Shown: piece by piece, positions 29,668 through 38,120 of the stretch
Position numbering within the stretch: position 1 is the stretch's first letter
Layout: each line of letters begins with the position of its first letter
DNA from: Nitrososphaerota archaeon
Lineage (GTDB): Archaea; Thermoproteota; Nitrososphaeria_A; Caldarchaeales; Caldarchaeaceae
Direction of reading: 5' to 3'
Assembly: GCA_041641305.1 (NCBI GenBank)
Contig: JBEPYN010000002.1
Coordinates: 638,666 to 702,665, forward strand
DNA: 64,000 nt
The notes under the pieces: model-generated
What the model was told of the DNA's origin: nothing
The model's input: the letters and a program-made list of their open reading frames with translations, nothing else
The model's database searches: none
Position numbers and translations under genes: made by a program

Positions 29668-31212
29668 ATGCAGATTGCCGAGAGGAAAACGGGAGAGAGG
29701 CTTGTTGTTTATGCTTCAGCCGTTTTTCTGCTCGGCGTTCTTGTTCTTGTTCCACCTGCGTTGGTGAATGAGGCGCCGTTCTGGGACGACAAGGCATACA
29801 TCAACAACGCGTTGATAGCGAGCGGTCGGCTGGACCCCCGCGATGCTCAGGGGCCTTTTGCGGAGGAAAGGCCTCCTCTCTTTTGGTGGATGCTCACCGG
29901 CATCTACCTGCTAAACACACCGGTCGAATATGCTCGCCTCCTCTCGCCTCTGTTGACCGCCGCAGGCATAGTAGTCATGTTCCTTCTTGTCTCCAAGCTG
30001 TTCAACAGCCTTTTGGCGGGCATTTTATCAGCGGTCTTCACAATCACTCTCAACTATTTTGTCCAGACCACTTCATACATCTTGACCGACTCCTCTGGGT
30101 CTGTGCTGGCTTTCCTCGCCCTGCTCACCTTCAGCCTCGGCCTCAGATATGGGCCGTTTCTCTGGGTCGCGGGAGGGTTGACAGCTGTATCCATAATGGC
30201 GAGGGACCAAAACCTTCTCCTGCTTCCCGTCATGTTACTATCGATGATTTGGATAGCCCGTGTCCCGAGGACTGTGAAGCTGTTCTACTTGTTGTTCCTG
30301 GGGGCTGTGGCGGCTGCCGCGGTATGGATGCGGCAGGAGGTCTTCCTACAAATTCTTTCAGACATCCTAACACCCATCGTCACAGACGTCGTCTACCTTC
30401 CGCTGCTGATTGTTTTCACCGCGGCGGTTCTCATAGCTGTTTACAAAATTCATGAGCAGAAAAACCTTCTATCGAGGCGGCCGAGTATTGAGGAGAGAGC
30501 GTTCGACCTCTTGCTAGGCCTCGCTATGATGCTGTTCATCATGCATCCGTTTTTCCTCGACAACGTGAGGCTTGGCGAAGAGTTCCAAATCGCTGGACGA
30601 GGAATTTTCTCGAGACCTGTTGCCCACTCCATCATGGTGAGAGACGACATCATCCGGAGCGGGTTAAGTTTTCTGGAAAGAGTACAGTTCTGGGTCGCGG
30701 CTTTCCCGAGCCTGCTCACCGCCCCTCTTCTCGCCGCAGCCGTGGCAGGCGCTTTCCTCACCTTGAGAAACCGTGTCGAAGAAGCCAAGCCCCTCATACT
30801 CTGGTTCGCGCTCACAGTAGCATACATCATCCTCTTCACACACATAGAATACAGGTTCCTGGTCCCCACTGTTCAGCCAGCCGCTGCCCTCGCGGCATAT
30901 GCTGTCGCACGGCTTTTTTCGATGAATAGGTGGCTCGCCTTTGTGGCTGTAGGTGTTGTTTTGGTTTATGCGGTTTTTCCAACGCAGTTTTACGGTGTTT
31001 TGCCCGAGTTCAGGGAGCCTGTGACGGTTTCGGGGTGGAGAACCATGCTCGACGGCGGGTTAGGTGGATGGTTGACGGATTATGCAGCTTACCTCAGGGA
31101 TGTCCAGAAACCGCCAGAGCTCAAAATAGCCGTCATCAACCTCTTGGCTGCGTGGACAACAGGGCCTCTTCTCCTCGCAGCTGCTTATGTCGGTGTCAGA
31201 AATCCGCTTTAA
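29668..31212 (+). CDS. GT-C fold (PMT/ArnT, GT39/83-like) glycosyltransferase
   Basis: WDD..Y, ERPPLF, TD, YRFLVP; many TMs. Confidence 0.8.
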   Translation: MQIAERKTGERLVVYASAVFLLGVLVLVPPALVNEAPFWDDKAYINNALIASGRLDPRDAQGPFAEERPPLFWWMLTGIYLLNTPVEYARLLSPLLTAAGIVVMFLLVSKLFNSLLAGILSAVFTITLNYFVQTTSYILTDSSGSVLAFLALLTFSLGLRYGPFLWVAGGLTAVSIMARDQNLLLLPVMLLSMIWIARVPRTVKLFYLLFLGAVAAAAVWMRQEVFLQILSDILTPIVTDVVYLPLLIVFTAAVLIAVYKIHEQKNLLSRRPSIEERAFDLLLGLAMMLFIMHPFFLDNVRLGEEFQIAGRGIFSRPVAHSIMVRDDIIRSGLSFLERVQFWVAAFPSLLTAPLLAAAVAGAFLTLRNRVEEAKPLILWFALTVAYIILFTHIEYRFLVPTVQPAAALAAYAVARLFSMNRWLAFVAVGVVLVYAVFPTQFYGVLPEFREPVTVSGWRTMLDGGLGGWLTDYAAYLRDVQKPPELKIAVINLLAAWTTGPLLLAAAYVGVRNPL

Positions 31213-32860
31213 CTCGTAGGTCGACGAGGGCGGGAACACCTCTCAACACGTCGTCGACAGCTCTTCTCAAAACCTTGGCAGCCTCCTCATATGTTTCCGC
31301 TTGGTAAGATGAGAAACCGATACCGCGTCCAACTGCCTGGATGTCAAGAGGCTCGGGGAAATCAACACCTTCAACCTTTTTCTCAAAATCTGAGAAGCCT
31401 ACTTCGGCCATGCTCTTCTTCACATCATACCAGCATCCGTCGTTGAAAACAGCCACTAGGATAGGCAGATGATACCATTTTGCCAAAGCCGCGGCTGCGA
31501 CGGGATTGTTGAAGACGAAGCTGCCGTCGCCGAGAACAACGGCTACAAAGGCCTGTGGGTTAGCCATCTTTATTCCGAGGGATGCGCCCAGCCCCCATCC
31601 CAGAGAACCGCCCGGAGGCTCCCCGAAATAGGTTCCCGGCGTGTCGAAGACAAGGTAGTCAGGTTTTAGAGAATACTCGTTGACTATGACCGAGTTTTTT
31701 GGGAGCACTTCGCCGAGAAGGTGAGAGGCTAATCGCTTCGTCAGCGTGTTCCCGAATTTATCTTGGGTAAGGTCTTCTTCGAATGCTTTCCGCCAGTTTC
31801 TCCAATCCCTCTCAGCAGCCGCCTTTCTCTCCTCAAGCAAATCTTTCCTAACCTCTGCCGAGCCGCTCTCAAACAATTCTAGAAGCTTCTCGAGAAAAAG
31901 GGAAGTCTCTGAATAGACTGCTTCATCGAAGCCAAACCCCCAGACATTCATCCTCGTCTTTAACGGGTCGAGGCCGACTGAGACCCTGTAAACATCTGTG
32001 GGCCACTTTTCTGCAGGCAGCCAGGGGACATCCGAGTCCAGCACCAAGATACAGTCAGCCCGCCCAATCTCAGCAGGCGCGGAGAAGATGCTTGTGTTGG
32101 GGAAGTTGACGTAGTCGGCGACGGCGTAGTTAACCCGGAGACACAGCCTCTCAGCCAACCTCTTCAACAAATGGAAAGCCCTGGCATTTCTTCCAGCAGA
32201 CCTCGTCAAAACAATTGGGTAGCTTGCTGTGGAGAGTTTCTCGGCGATTCTCTTGACTACTGAAGGATTTGGTGATGGCGGCTCGGAAACGATGGGCCGG
32301 CGATGTTGAACATCTTTCTCCGGCTTGGCGAGAAAATGTTCGCGGTAAATTCCGAGGTAGACAGGGCCCTGTGGAGGAGACATGGCGACCTCGGCAGCCC
32401 TCGAAACCGCTTCAGGGATCTCCGCAGTTTCGCAGACCACATAATCCCATTTGACAAACTGTCTCACCAAGCCGCGTATGTCGCGTACATCTTGGCCCCA
32501 GTGGACGCGGATTTTTCGAGACCCGCTGTATCCCTTGGACGAGTATGAAGTCACGCCCGAGATGAGGATGATGGGTATCTCAGCTGTGTATGCGTTGAAG
32601 AGGTTGGGTAACGCGTTTGCCACGCCTGGGACGGTGTGAACCATGACCGCGGAAGGCTTCTCACCTACGAGGCTGTAGCCGTATGCTGTCGAGACAGCCG
32701 TGGTCTCGCTCAGGCAGACAACCATCTCAGGCCTCTGCAGCGGGCTTAGCTGCATGTAATCCAGCAGAAGACCAGAGTACTCCGTCCCAGAGTTGATGAA
32801 AAACTTCTCGACACCGGTTTTCCTGAGAGAAACAAGCAGCAAACCCCCACCCGACAACAT
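31196..32860 (-). CDS. Thiamine-diphosphate enzyme (benzoylformate decarboxylase/acetolactate synthase-like)
   Basis: NSGTE, VHTVPG..N, PQGPVYL, GSLGWGLG, GDGS..FND. ATG 32860 chosen. Confidence 0.85.
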   Translation of the reverse strand: MLSGGGLLLVSLRKTGVEKFFINSGTEYSGLLLDYMQLSPLQRPEMVVCLSETTAVSTAYGYSLVGEKPSAVMVHTVPGVANALPNLFNAYTAEIPIILISGVTSYSSKGYSGSRKIRVHWGQDVRDIRGLVRQFVKWDYVVCETAEIPEAVSRAAEVAMSPPQGPVYLGIYREHFLAKPEKDVQHRRPIVSEPPSPNPSVVKRIAEKLSTASYPIVLTRSAGRNARAFHLLKRLAERLCLRVNYAVADYVNFPNTSIFSAPAEIGRADCILVLDSDVPWLPAEKWPTDVYRVSVGLDPLKTRMNVWGFGFDEAVYSETSLFLEKLLELFESGSAEVRKDLLEERKAAAERDWRNWRKAFEEDLTQDKFGNTLTKRLASHLLGEVLPKNSVIVNEYSLKPDYLVFDTPGTYFGEPPGGSLGWGLGASLGIKMANPQAFVAVVLGDGSFVFNNPVAAAALAKWYHLPILVAVFNDGCWYDVKKSMAEVGFSDFEKKVEGVDFPEPLDIQAVGRGIGFSSYQAETYEEAAKVLRRAVDDVLRGVPALVDLRVKADF

Positions 32861-32964
32861 ATCTATCCAGATTGGCTTAACAGCGTCAAAAAGTTTTCGA
32901 AAAGTTGGAATAACGTATAAAACACGCCCAATAGACATCGTGCCCGGGTTAAACAAGTTTGGTG

Positions 32965-35754
32965 ATGCGTAGAAACGGTCGCGGGAGACGTTTCGGCTAC
33001 ATCATAGCCGTTTTCCTCGTTCTGCTGCTATTCAGTGGTCTTTTCATCAGTTCGTTCATAAACATCTGGCTAAACGTGATGGAGTTTGGAGACCTCTTCA
33101 TCCGGCCATTCTATTTCTCGTTAATCGGCGGCCTAATCCTCTCATTCATCGCCCTTTTCCGCCTCGACTTCGTCTCACGCAAATCCCTAGTCATCTGGTC
33201 CTTGCGCACATTCCTAGTTCTAATGCGTGGCGGCTTCGCCCCACGAATTCTCGACTTTGACAGGTTCAGACTATCTCTACAGACTTTCCTCGCCTGGCAG
33301 TTCACGAAACTGCTCGCGGGCACATTCATCTTCTCCAACAGCATATTCGGAATGGCGGTGACAGCTTCTCTAAGCGGCTGGTCTATGGGGTTGGAGAATT
33401 TGCCGAGGATATTCACCCTGCCTTTCACGTCATTTGGCCCCGGAGACATAAGCGGTGCAGACGCTGTAGTCGACGCCTCCCCAGCCCTCATCATCCTCCT
33501 TCCACCGATTCTTTCAGCCATCGGCACGAGGCTGTTCCTTCTCGTAGGTATAACAAACTTGGTTAAGGTAATGGCGAAAGCTCTCGTCTCCTACGCTGAG
33601 ACGGGCACGATAACGATAAAGGCTTCGACAATCGAGTTTCTCGCCAGCCTCGGGCTTGCGTGGACAGGGTTCAACCTCTTCTTCCCATCATCCATAGACT
33701 ATAACACTAAGGTTTTGATACTGGCAGCTTTCGCGGCCTCGGCTGTTCTGGCTTTCTACGGCTATCTCGACCTGCGTGGAAAACGTTTTCTCAACAGTAT
33801 CTGGCTGAGGCTGGGTTTGCTTGTTATAATCGGGCTCCTGACCGCGTCTGTGGTGACTGTGCAGAACACCATAGCCGACGCCCAGAAAATCGAGTATAAA
33901 GGCCCATATGTTCTGCAGGAAATTCATGTCAACCGTTTCCTCGCAGACCTCAACTTCAGGATTCTGCCCTACAACTTCAGCAAAACAACCGTTTCAGCTG
34001 CCAACGCATCAGCCATAGTAAACGCGAACAAAGACATCCTGAGTCGAGCTAGGCTATGGGACTGGGACGCGGCATTCGCCAAACTGAGGCCCGAAATAGG
34101 GCTCATACCCTATGTTGATTTCGAGGACTCCGACATTCTCAGGTTCAACGGAAGCCTTTACTGGAGCGCGTCGATGAAGCCTGTCCTACCCCCGACAGTC
34201 ACACCCGCCGACGCATGGTACAACCGCCACCTCGTATACACCCACATCCCCCAAGGATTCCTGATGCTTGACGCACACCAAGGCGATATAGTGGACAGCT
34301 CAAGGTTCTTCAAAGAGAGAAGAATATACTACGGCGAGGGAGGGGCACGTAGCCTTTTCTCCAGCGACTGGGCCGCAATCATTTTGGGTAAAGATGTTTC
34401 TGACGAAATCGGTGGTGCAAGGTACAACGGAACGGGCGGTGTTAAGATAGGGCCGCCTCTCAGCTGGTTCTACGACGTAACCTTTTTCCTAAGCTACCCG
34501 GACAAGGAAATCCTCCTTCTCAGATACCGCGATGTCCACGACAGAGTGCAGCTTCTCTTCCCATACTTCACATACATCATCAACGGCGAATATGTTGACA
34601 TGTTCCCCGTCACAGATGGTGCAAGAACCTATTGGATGATGCCGCTGATAGTCAGTCTTCCTGCGGAAAACGTGCCATGGTCTAATGGCAACCCCTTTGT
34701 ACGCTTCGTCGGGCTAGCCCTAGTAGATGTCTACAACGGCGAAATAGACTTAATTGTTCGTGGAGACGACATGTTTACCAAGCTGTTTGAAGCTGTTTAC
34801 GCCGATAAGGTTAGCAGGGAGATGCCGCCATGGCTCCACAGCCAGATAAGATACCCCGCCGAGCTCTTCGACTACCAGACGAGGATGTTCTCCCTCTACC
34901 ACATCGATGACCCAGCCATCTATATACAGGCCCGCCAATTTTATGAAATCCCCGAAGGTGTTGAGGTCTACTACGTGGTCACCAAACTTCCCAACCACAA
35001 CCAGCTCGAATTCGTCGGAATACTTTCTCTCGAGCTTCGGGGCTCGAGGGGCCTAAACCTGGCGGGATACGCGGTGGTCAGAAACGATTACCCACACACT
35101 GGTGAGATGTATTTCTACAGGGTCTCCGAAGAATCTGTGACCAAGCTGCTAGGCCCCTCGGCGGCATTACAGGCTCTGCAGAGAGACCCCGACTTCCGGA
35201 CGCTCAGCACGCTTCTCGCCTCCCCGCGGATAGGTGAAACAATCTTCTACGAGGTGGGCGACCACCCCGTCTACATCATCCCGGTTTACACCGCGAGAGA
35301 GGGCGAAGGCGTCGTTACACAGCTGGGAACCGTCGCGGTTGTTGGCGCGGCCTTCACCGGCTTGTACTATGTTGGTCTCGGTCAAACCGTTGAAGAGGCC
35401 TTCAGAAACTATCTCCTAAAGCTGGCGGGCGAATCCGCTCCACCTGTCTCACCCGTCGACACCCGCGAAAACCGCCTGAACCGGCTGAAGACACTTCTTC
35501 AGGAATTGGGCCTCCCGTCGGAAACACCGGAGCAGATAAACGCCAACATCGTCTACAAAACCAAAGCCCTGAACTACACCTCGGAAACAGACTTCGAAGA
35601 AATTAAAACAACTCTGACAGAGTTTGTGCAATATTGGAGGCAATACGGCGCTATTCTTGTCTACTGGGTTTCTGGAGATAGCTTATATTTAGGAGCGATT
35701 TATCAGCAGTCGGGAGTGGTCACACTCAGGTACGTGATGGTGGTGGTCGAATAG
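32965..35754 (+). CDS. UPF0182 family membrane protein
   Basis: N-terminal TMs, RLWD, HLVYTH, RIYYGE, VDVYNG, IRYP..LF. Confidence 0.85.
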   Translation: MRRNGRGRRFGYIIAVFLVLLLFSGLFISSFINIWLNVMEFGDLFIRPFYFSLIGGLILSFIALFRLDFVSRKSLVIWSLRTFLVLMRGGFAPRILDFDRFRLSLQTFLAWQFTKLLAGTFIFSNSIFGMAVTASLSGWSMGLENLPRIFTLPFTSFGPGDISGADAVVDASPALIILLPPILSAIGTRLFLLVGITNLVKVMAKALVSYAETGTITIKASTIEFLASLGLAWTGFNLFFPSSIDYNTKVLILAAFAASAVLAFYGYLDLRGKRFLNSIWLRLGLLVIIGLLTASVVTVQNTIADAQKIEYKGPYVLQEIHVNRFLADLNFRILPYNFSKTTVSAANASAIVNANKDILSRARLWDWDAAFAKLRPEIGLIPYVDFEDSDILRFNGSLYWSASMKPVLPPTVTPADAWYNRHLVYTHIPQGFLMLDAHQGDIVDSSRFFKERRIYYGEGGARSLFSSDWAAIILGKDVSDEIGGARYNGTGGVKIGPPLSWFYDVTFFLSYPDKEILLLRYRDVHDRVQLLFPYFTYIINGEYVDMFPVTDGARTYWMMPLIVSLPAENVPWSNGNPFVRFVGLALVDVYNGEIDLIVRGDDMFTKLFEAVYADKVSREMPPWLHSQIRYPAELFDYQTRMFSLYHIDDPAIYIQARQFYEIPEGVEVYYVVTKLPNHNQLEFVGILSLELRGSRGLNLAGYAVVRNDYPHTGEMYFYRVSEESVTKLLGPSAALQALQRDPDFRTLSTLLASPRIGETIFYEVGDHPVYIIPVYTAREGEGVVTQLGTVAVVGAAFTGLYYVGLGQTVEEAFRNYLLKLAGESAPPVSPVDTRENRLNRLKTLLQELGLPSETPEQINANIVYKTKALNYTSETDFEEIKTTLTEFVQYWRQYGAILVYWVSGDSLYLGAIYQQSGVVTLRYVMVVVE

Positions 35755-36192
35755 ATGCAGCAAAGCAGAAACCAAGGAGGGTTCGCGGGCTTCTGGCTAC
35801 TGATGCTGCTGCTGGTCGCGGTCGCAGCCGCATCCTTCTTCATACGCCTACAGCCCGGAATACTTGGCCTCGTTCTCGCCGCGATGGCTGTTCTCCTCAC
35901 GCTCTATTGGGCGAAAGCCGTCAAAAACAGCCTCGGCACCTCCGCTTGGGATGATTATCTTCTCGAGCTTCGTCAGGAAGGTGATGTTTTGGATGTGACG
36001 GCTCAGGTTCCGGGGCCTGAGACAAAGGTGCGTGTAGAGCTTTTCGGGAAGAAGCTTGTTCTCATAGGTGGCATGGGTTTCAGGCGGACGGTTAAACTCC
36101 CCTTCGAGGCGATGCTGCGGGAGATTAGATACGTCAACGGGATTCTCAACGCGAGGCTTGTGAGGAGAACCGCGTCAGCAACTACTGGCTGA
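35755..36192 (+). CDS. Two-TM protein with C-terminal Hsp20/alpha-crystallin-like domain
   Basis: Two TMs, then VTAQVPG..VRVEL..FRRTVKLP..YVNGIL. Confidence 0.65.
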   Translation: MQQSRNQGGFAGFWLLMLLLVAVAAASFFIRLQPGILGLVLAAMAVLLTLYWAKAVKNSLGTSAWDDYLLELRQEGDVLDVTAQVPGPETKVRVELFGKKLVLIGGMGFRRTVKLPFEAMLREIRYVNGILNARLVRRTASATTG

Positions 36193-36898
36193 GACTCGCT
36201 AAAACATCGTCAACAGTTTGATGAAGCGACAAGACATAGGGTATGCGCTCCTTTCTCGCGAGCTCCACAGCCATCGTGTCAACATCCTCGACACGCCTCG
36301 GCCCATGTATGGCTATGAGCCGCGGCCTCAGCGGGAAAATCTTCGCAGCAATTATAGGCGACCGGCCTCTCTCAACATTCGTGAAAACCACCACCCTCTC
36401 GGTGCTTGCCCCCAAGAGCCTGAAAAAGTCGTAGGGCCCAAGCCTCATGATGGCCTCTATGCTGTCGACAACCGTGTATCCGAAAATCAGGGAACTATGC
36501 TGCTCCTGCCCAGCCAGCCAAACCCCCCTCAACAGCTTCACGACATCAGCCATGGTTTTGGGCGTGGTGTACTCGGACATTCCGAGGACCACGTCTGAAA
36601 GCGTCTGAACATCCGAGGCGAACTCCCGTATCTTTAAACCTCCCCGTTTCTCATCAAGCCTGATAAGCGCCTCAACATATCTGCGGATGAAATCAGTACC
36701 CGGCGACTTCCGTCTACTCTTCTCATAATCGCTCAAAACAGATGAAGAGATGTTCATCTCCTTCGCGATGCTTTTCTGGCTCAGCTCAAACAAGGTGCGC
36801 CACTTCTTCAAAACCTCTCCAGGCTTCTTAGAGAAAACAACTTCACCCGCGATGATGTTCTTCAGGTTCCTTTTCCTCGCGTCATCTATTTCTGACAA
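36182..36898 (-). CDS. Archaeal XRE-type HTH transcription regulator (COG1709-like)
   Basis: IAGEVVFS..PG..LKKWR..F..SQ..SVLSDYE..RRKSPG; GYTVVDS; FTNVERGRSP. Confidence 0.85.
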   Translation of the reverse strand: MSEIDDARKRNLKNIIAGEVVFSKKPGEVLKKWRTLFELSQKSIAKEMNISSSVLSDYEKSRRKSPGTDFIRRYVEALIRLDEKRGGLKIREFASDVQTLSDVVLGMSEYTTPKTMADVVKLLRGVWLAGQEQHSSLIFGYTVVDSIEAIMRLGPYDFFRLLGASTERVVVFTNVERGRSPIIAAKIFPLRPRLIAIHGPRRVEDVDTMAVELARKERIPYVLSLHQTVDDVLASLSQ

Positions 36899-36945
36899 TT
36901 ACTGGGATGTTTATGGTTTTTTTGAATTTAAGAGTTACAGAGGCG

Positions 36946-37046
36946 TGGGGGCGGTGGGACTTGAACCCACGGTCTTCGGGTGTCGCCTCTTGACCAGCCT
37001 AGTTGATCTGGAGCCCGACGCCTTGGCCTTGCTCGGCTACGCCCCC
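36946..37046 (-). tRNA. tRNA-Trp(CCA) with 26-nt canonical 37/38 intron (36982-37007)
   Basis: GGGGGCG/CGCCCCC acceptor, TCGGG-CT-CCA-G^A-CCCGA, GTGGG-TTCAAGT-CCCAC. Confidence 0.93.
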
Positions 37047-37196
37047 TCATTAAAGCCGACACCCGCTTCCTTAAGATGGTTACTCTCACCCCAGTTTGCG
37101 GCCCATGAACCCACCAAGCTGCACGGCATACGGTCAGACAGCAACCATATACAACAATCTGAAAAAATTGTTTGAAGCCCTAGAATAAGCAGATTT

Positions 37197-37315
37197 GGCC
37201 GCCGGCACGCGGCTTTCGCGAGGGGTCTCCCACCTCACTAGTGCCGCGCGGATGGGGCTTAGCTTCCAGGTTCGGCTGAGTCTGGGCGTTTCCCCCATCC
37301 TATGACCGGCGCCGA
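37197..37315 (-). rRNA. rrf: 5S rRNA (stand-alone; ends approximate)
   Basis: GGTCATAG..GGGGAAACGCCC..CCGAACCTGGAAGCTAAGC..TAGTGAGGTGGGAGACC..GCGAAA; terminal helix GCCGG/CCGGC; ~120 nt. Confidence 0.9.
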
Positions 37316-37339
37316 TTATACGGGTTTTCGGGTCTTATT

Positions 37340-37480
37340 TTAAGCTATGCCGAGTAGGCTCGGTGCCCGCATCAGAAACATTGCAAGCCCTACAACGGCG
37401 ACCATCGTCAACAAGAACGCGAGGATGTAGGCTAGGGAGGAGAAGACGTCCCAGAACCTCGTCTTACTCAGCTTGACCAT
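37340..37480 (-). CDS. Small single-TM protein, 46 aa (below ORF-track cut-off)
   Basis: MVKLSKTRFWDVFSSLAYILAFLLTMVAVVGLAMFLMRAPSLLGIA*; fills the gap between 5S and the YbaK gene. Confidence 0.6.
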   Translation of the reverse strand: MVKLSKTRFWDVFSSLAYILAFLLTMVAVVGLAMFLMRAPSLLGIA

Positions 37481-37522
37481 GTGCTTCACTGTTTAATGCG
37501 AGGTCAAAAGCCTTTCTTTGGA

Positions 37523-37987
37523 CTATTTCGAGACATCGACAATGTTGTTTCGCAGGTGATGGACGAGGTCGTTGGCATTAATTTTGATTAAGGAGCTGTC
37601 GTCGCCGCCAGATGCATAAACAACTGAGTGGTTGAGGATTGATTTGTCAACATAGGTCCTAATCTGCTTGATGTGTCCGAAGGGTGGGACGCTGCCCACC
37701 GGATACCCTGTTTCCTCCAACACTTCCTCGGGCTTTGCGAGGTGAACAGGTTCATTCACCATTCGGGTGAACTTTTTCAGGTCAATCCTTTTATCGCCGG
37801 CTAAAACAACGAGATATGTTCTAGAACCTTTTAGAACGATGCTTTTGGCGATTTGGCTAAGCTCGCATCCGACTGCAGTAGCCGCCGACTCGGATGTCCG
37901 AGCCTGCTCAGGCCGCAGCACAACAAACTCAACCATCAGCCCATGCTGAGCAACGTATCGCCTCAGCCGCTCCGACAACTCATCCAA
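37523..37987 (-). CDS. YbaK/EbsC aminoacyl-tRNA editing domain protein
   Basis: QIAKSIV, GDKRID, TGYPVGSVPPFG, YASGG. Confidence 0.9.
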   Translation of the reverse strand: MDELSERLRRYVAQHGLMVEFVVLRPEQARTSESAATAVGCELSQIAKSIVLKGSRTYLVVLAGDKRIDLKKFTRMVNEPVHLAKPEEVLEETGYPVGSVPPFGHIKQIRTYVDKSILNHSVVYASGGDDSSLIKINANDLVHHLRNNIVDVSK

Positions 37988-38120
37988 TCACTGAACAGGC
38001 GGGGAAAAAACTTTGCCGAGCCAATTTCTTTTGAATGTGTATATAAAAAGGTAACCTGTACTACAAATCTCAGTGGCGGCCCGTGCTAGGTTATTAATGG
38101 CATTTAAAAGAGGGCGCGTC

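Noticed and set aside
32895-32906. TTTTCGAAAA palindrome in the ThDP/UPF0182 divergent promoter
   Set aside because: Short and low-complexity; expected by chance in AT-rich promoter DNA.
5987-37046. tRNA-integrated island or provirus
   Set aside because: No integrase and no duplicated tRNA 3' ends seen; flanking genes are housekeeping.
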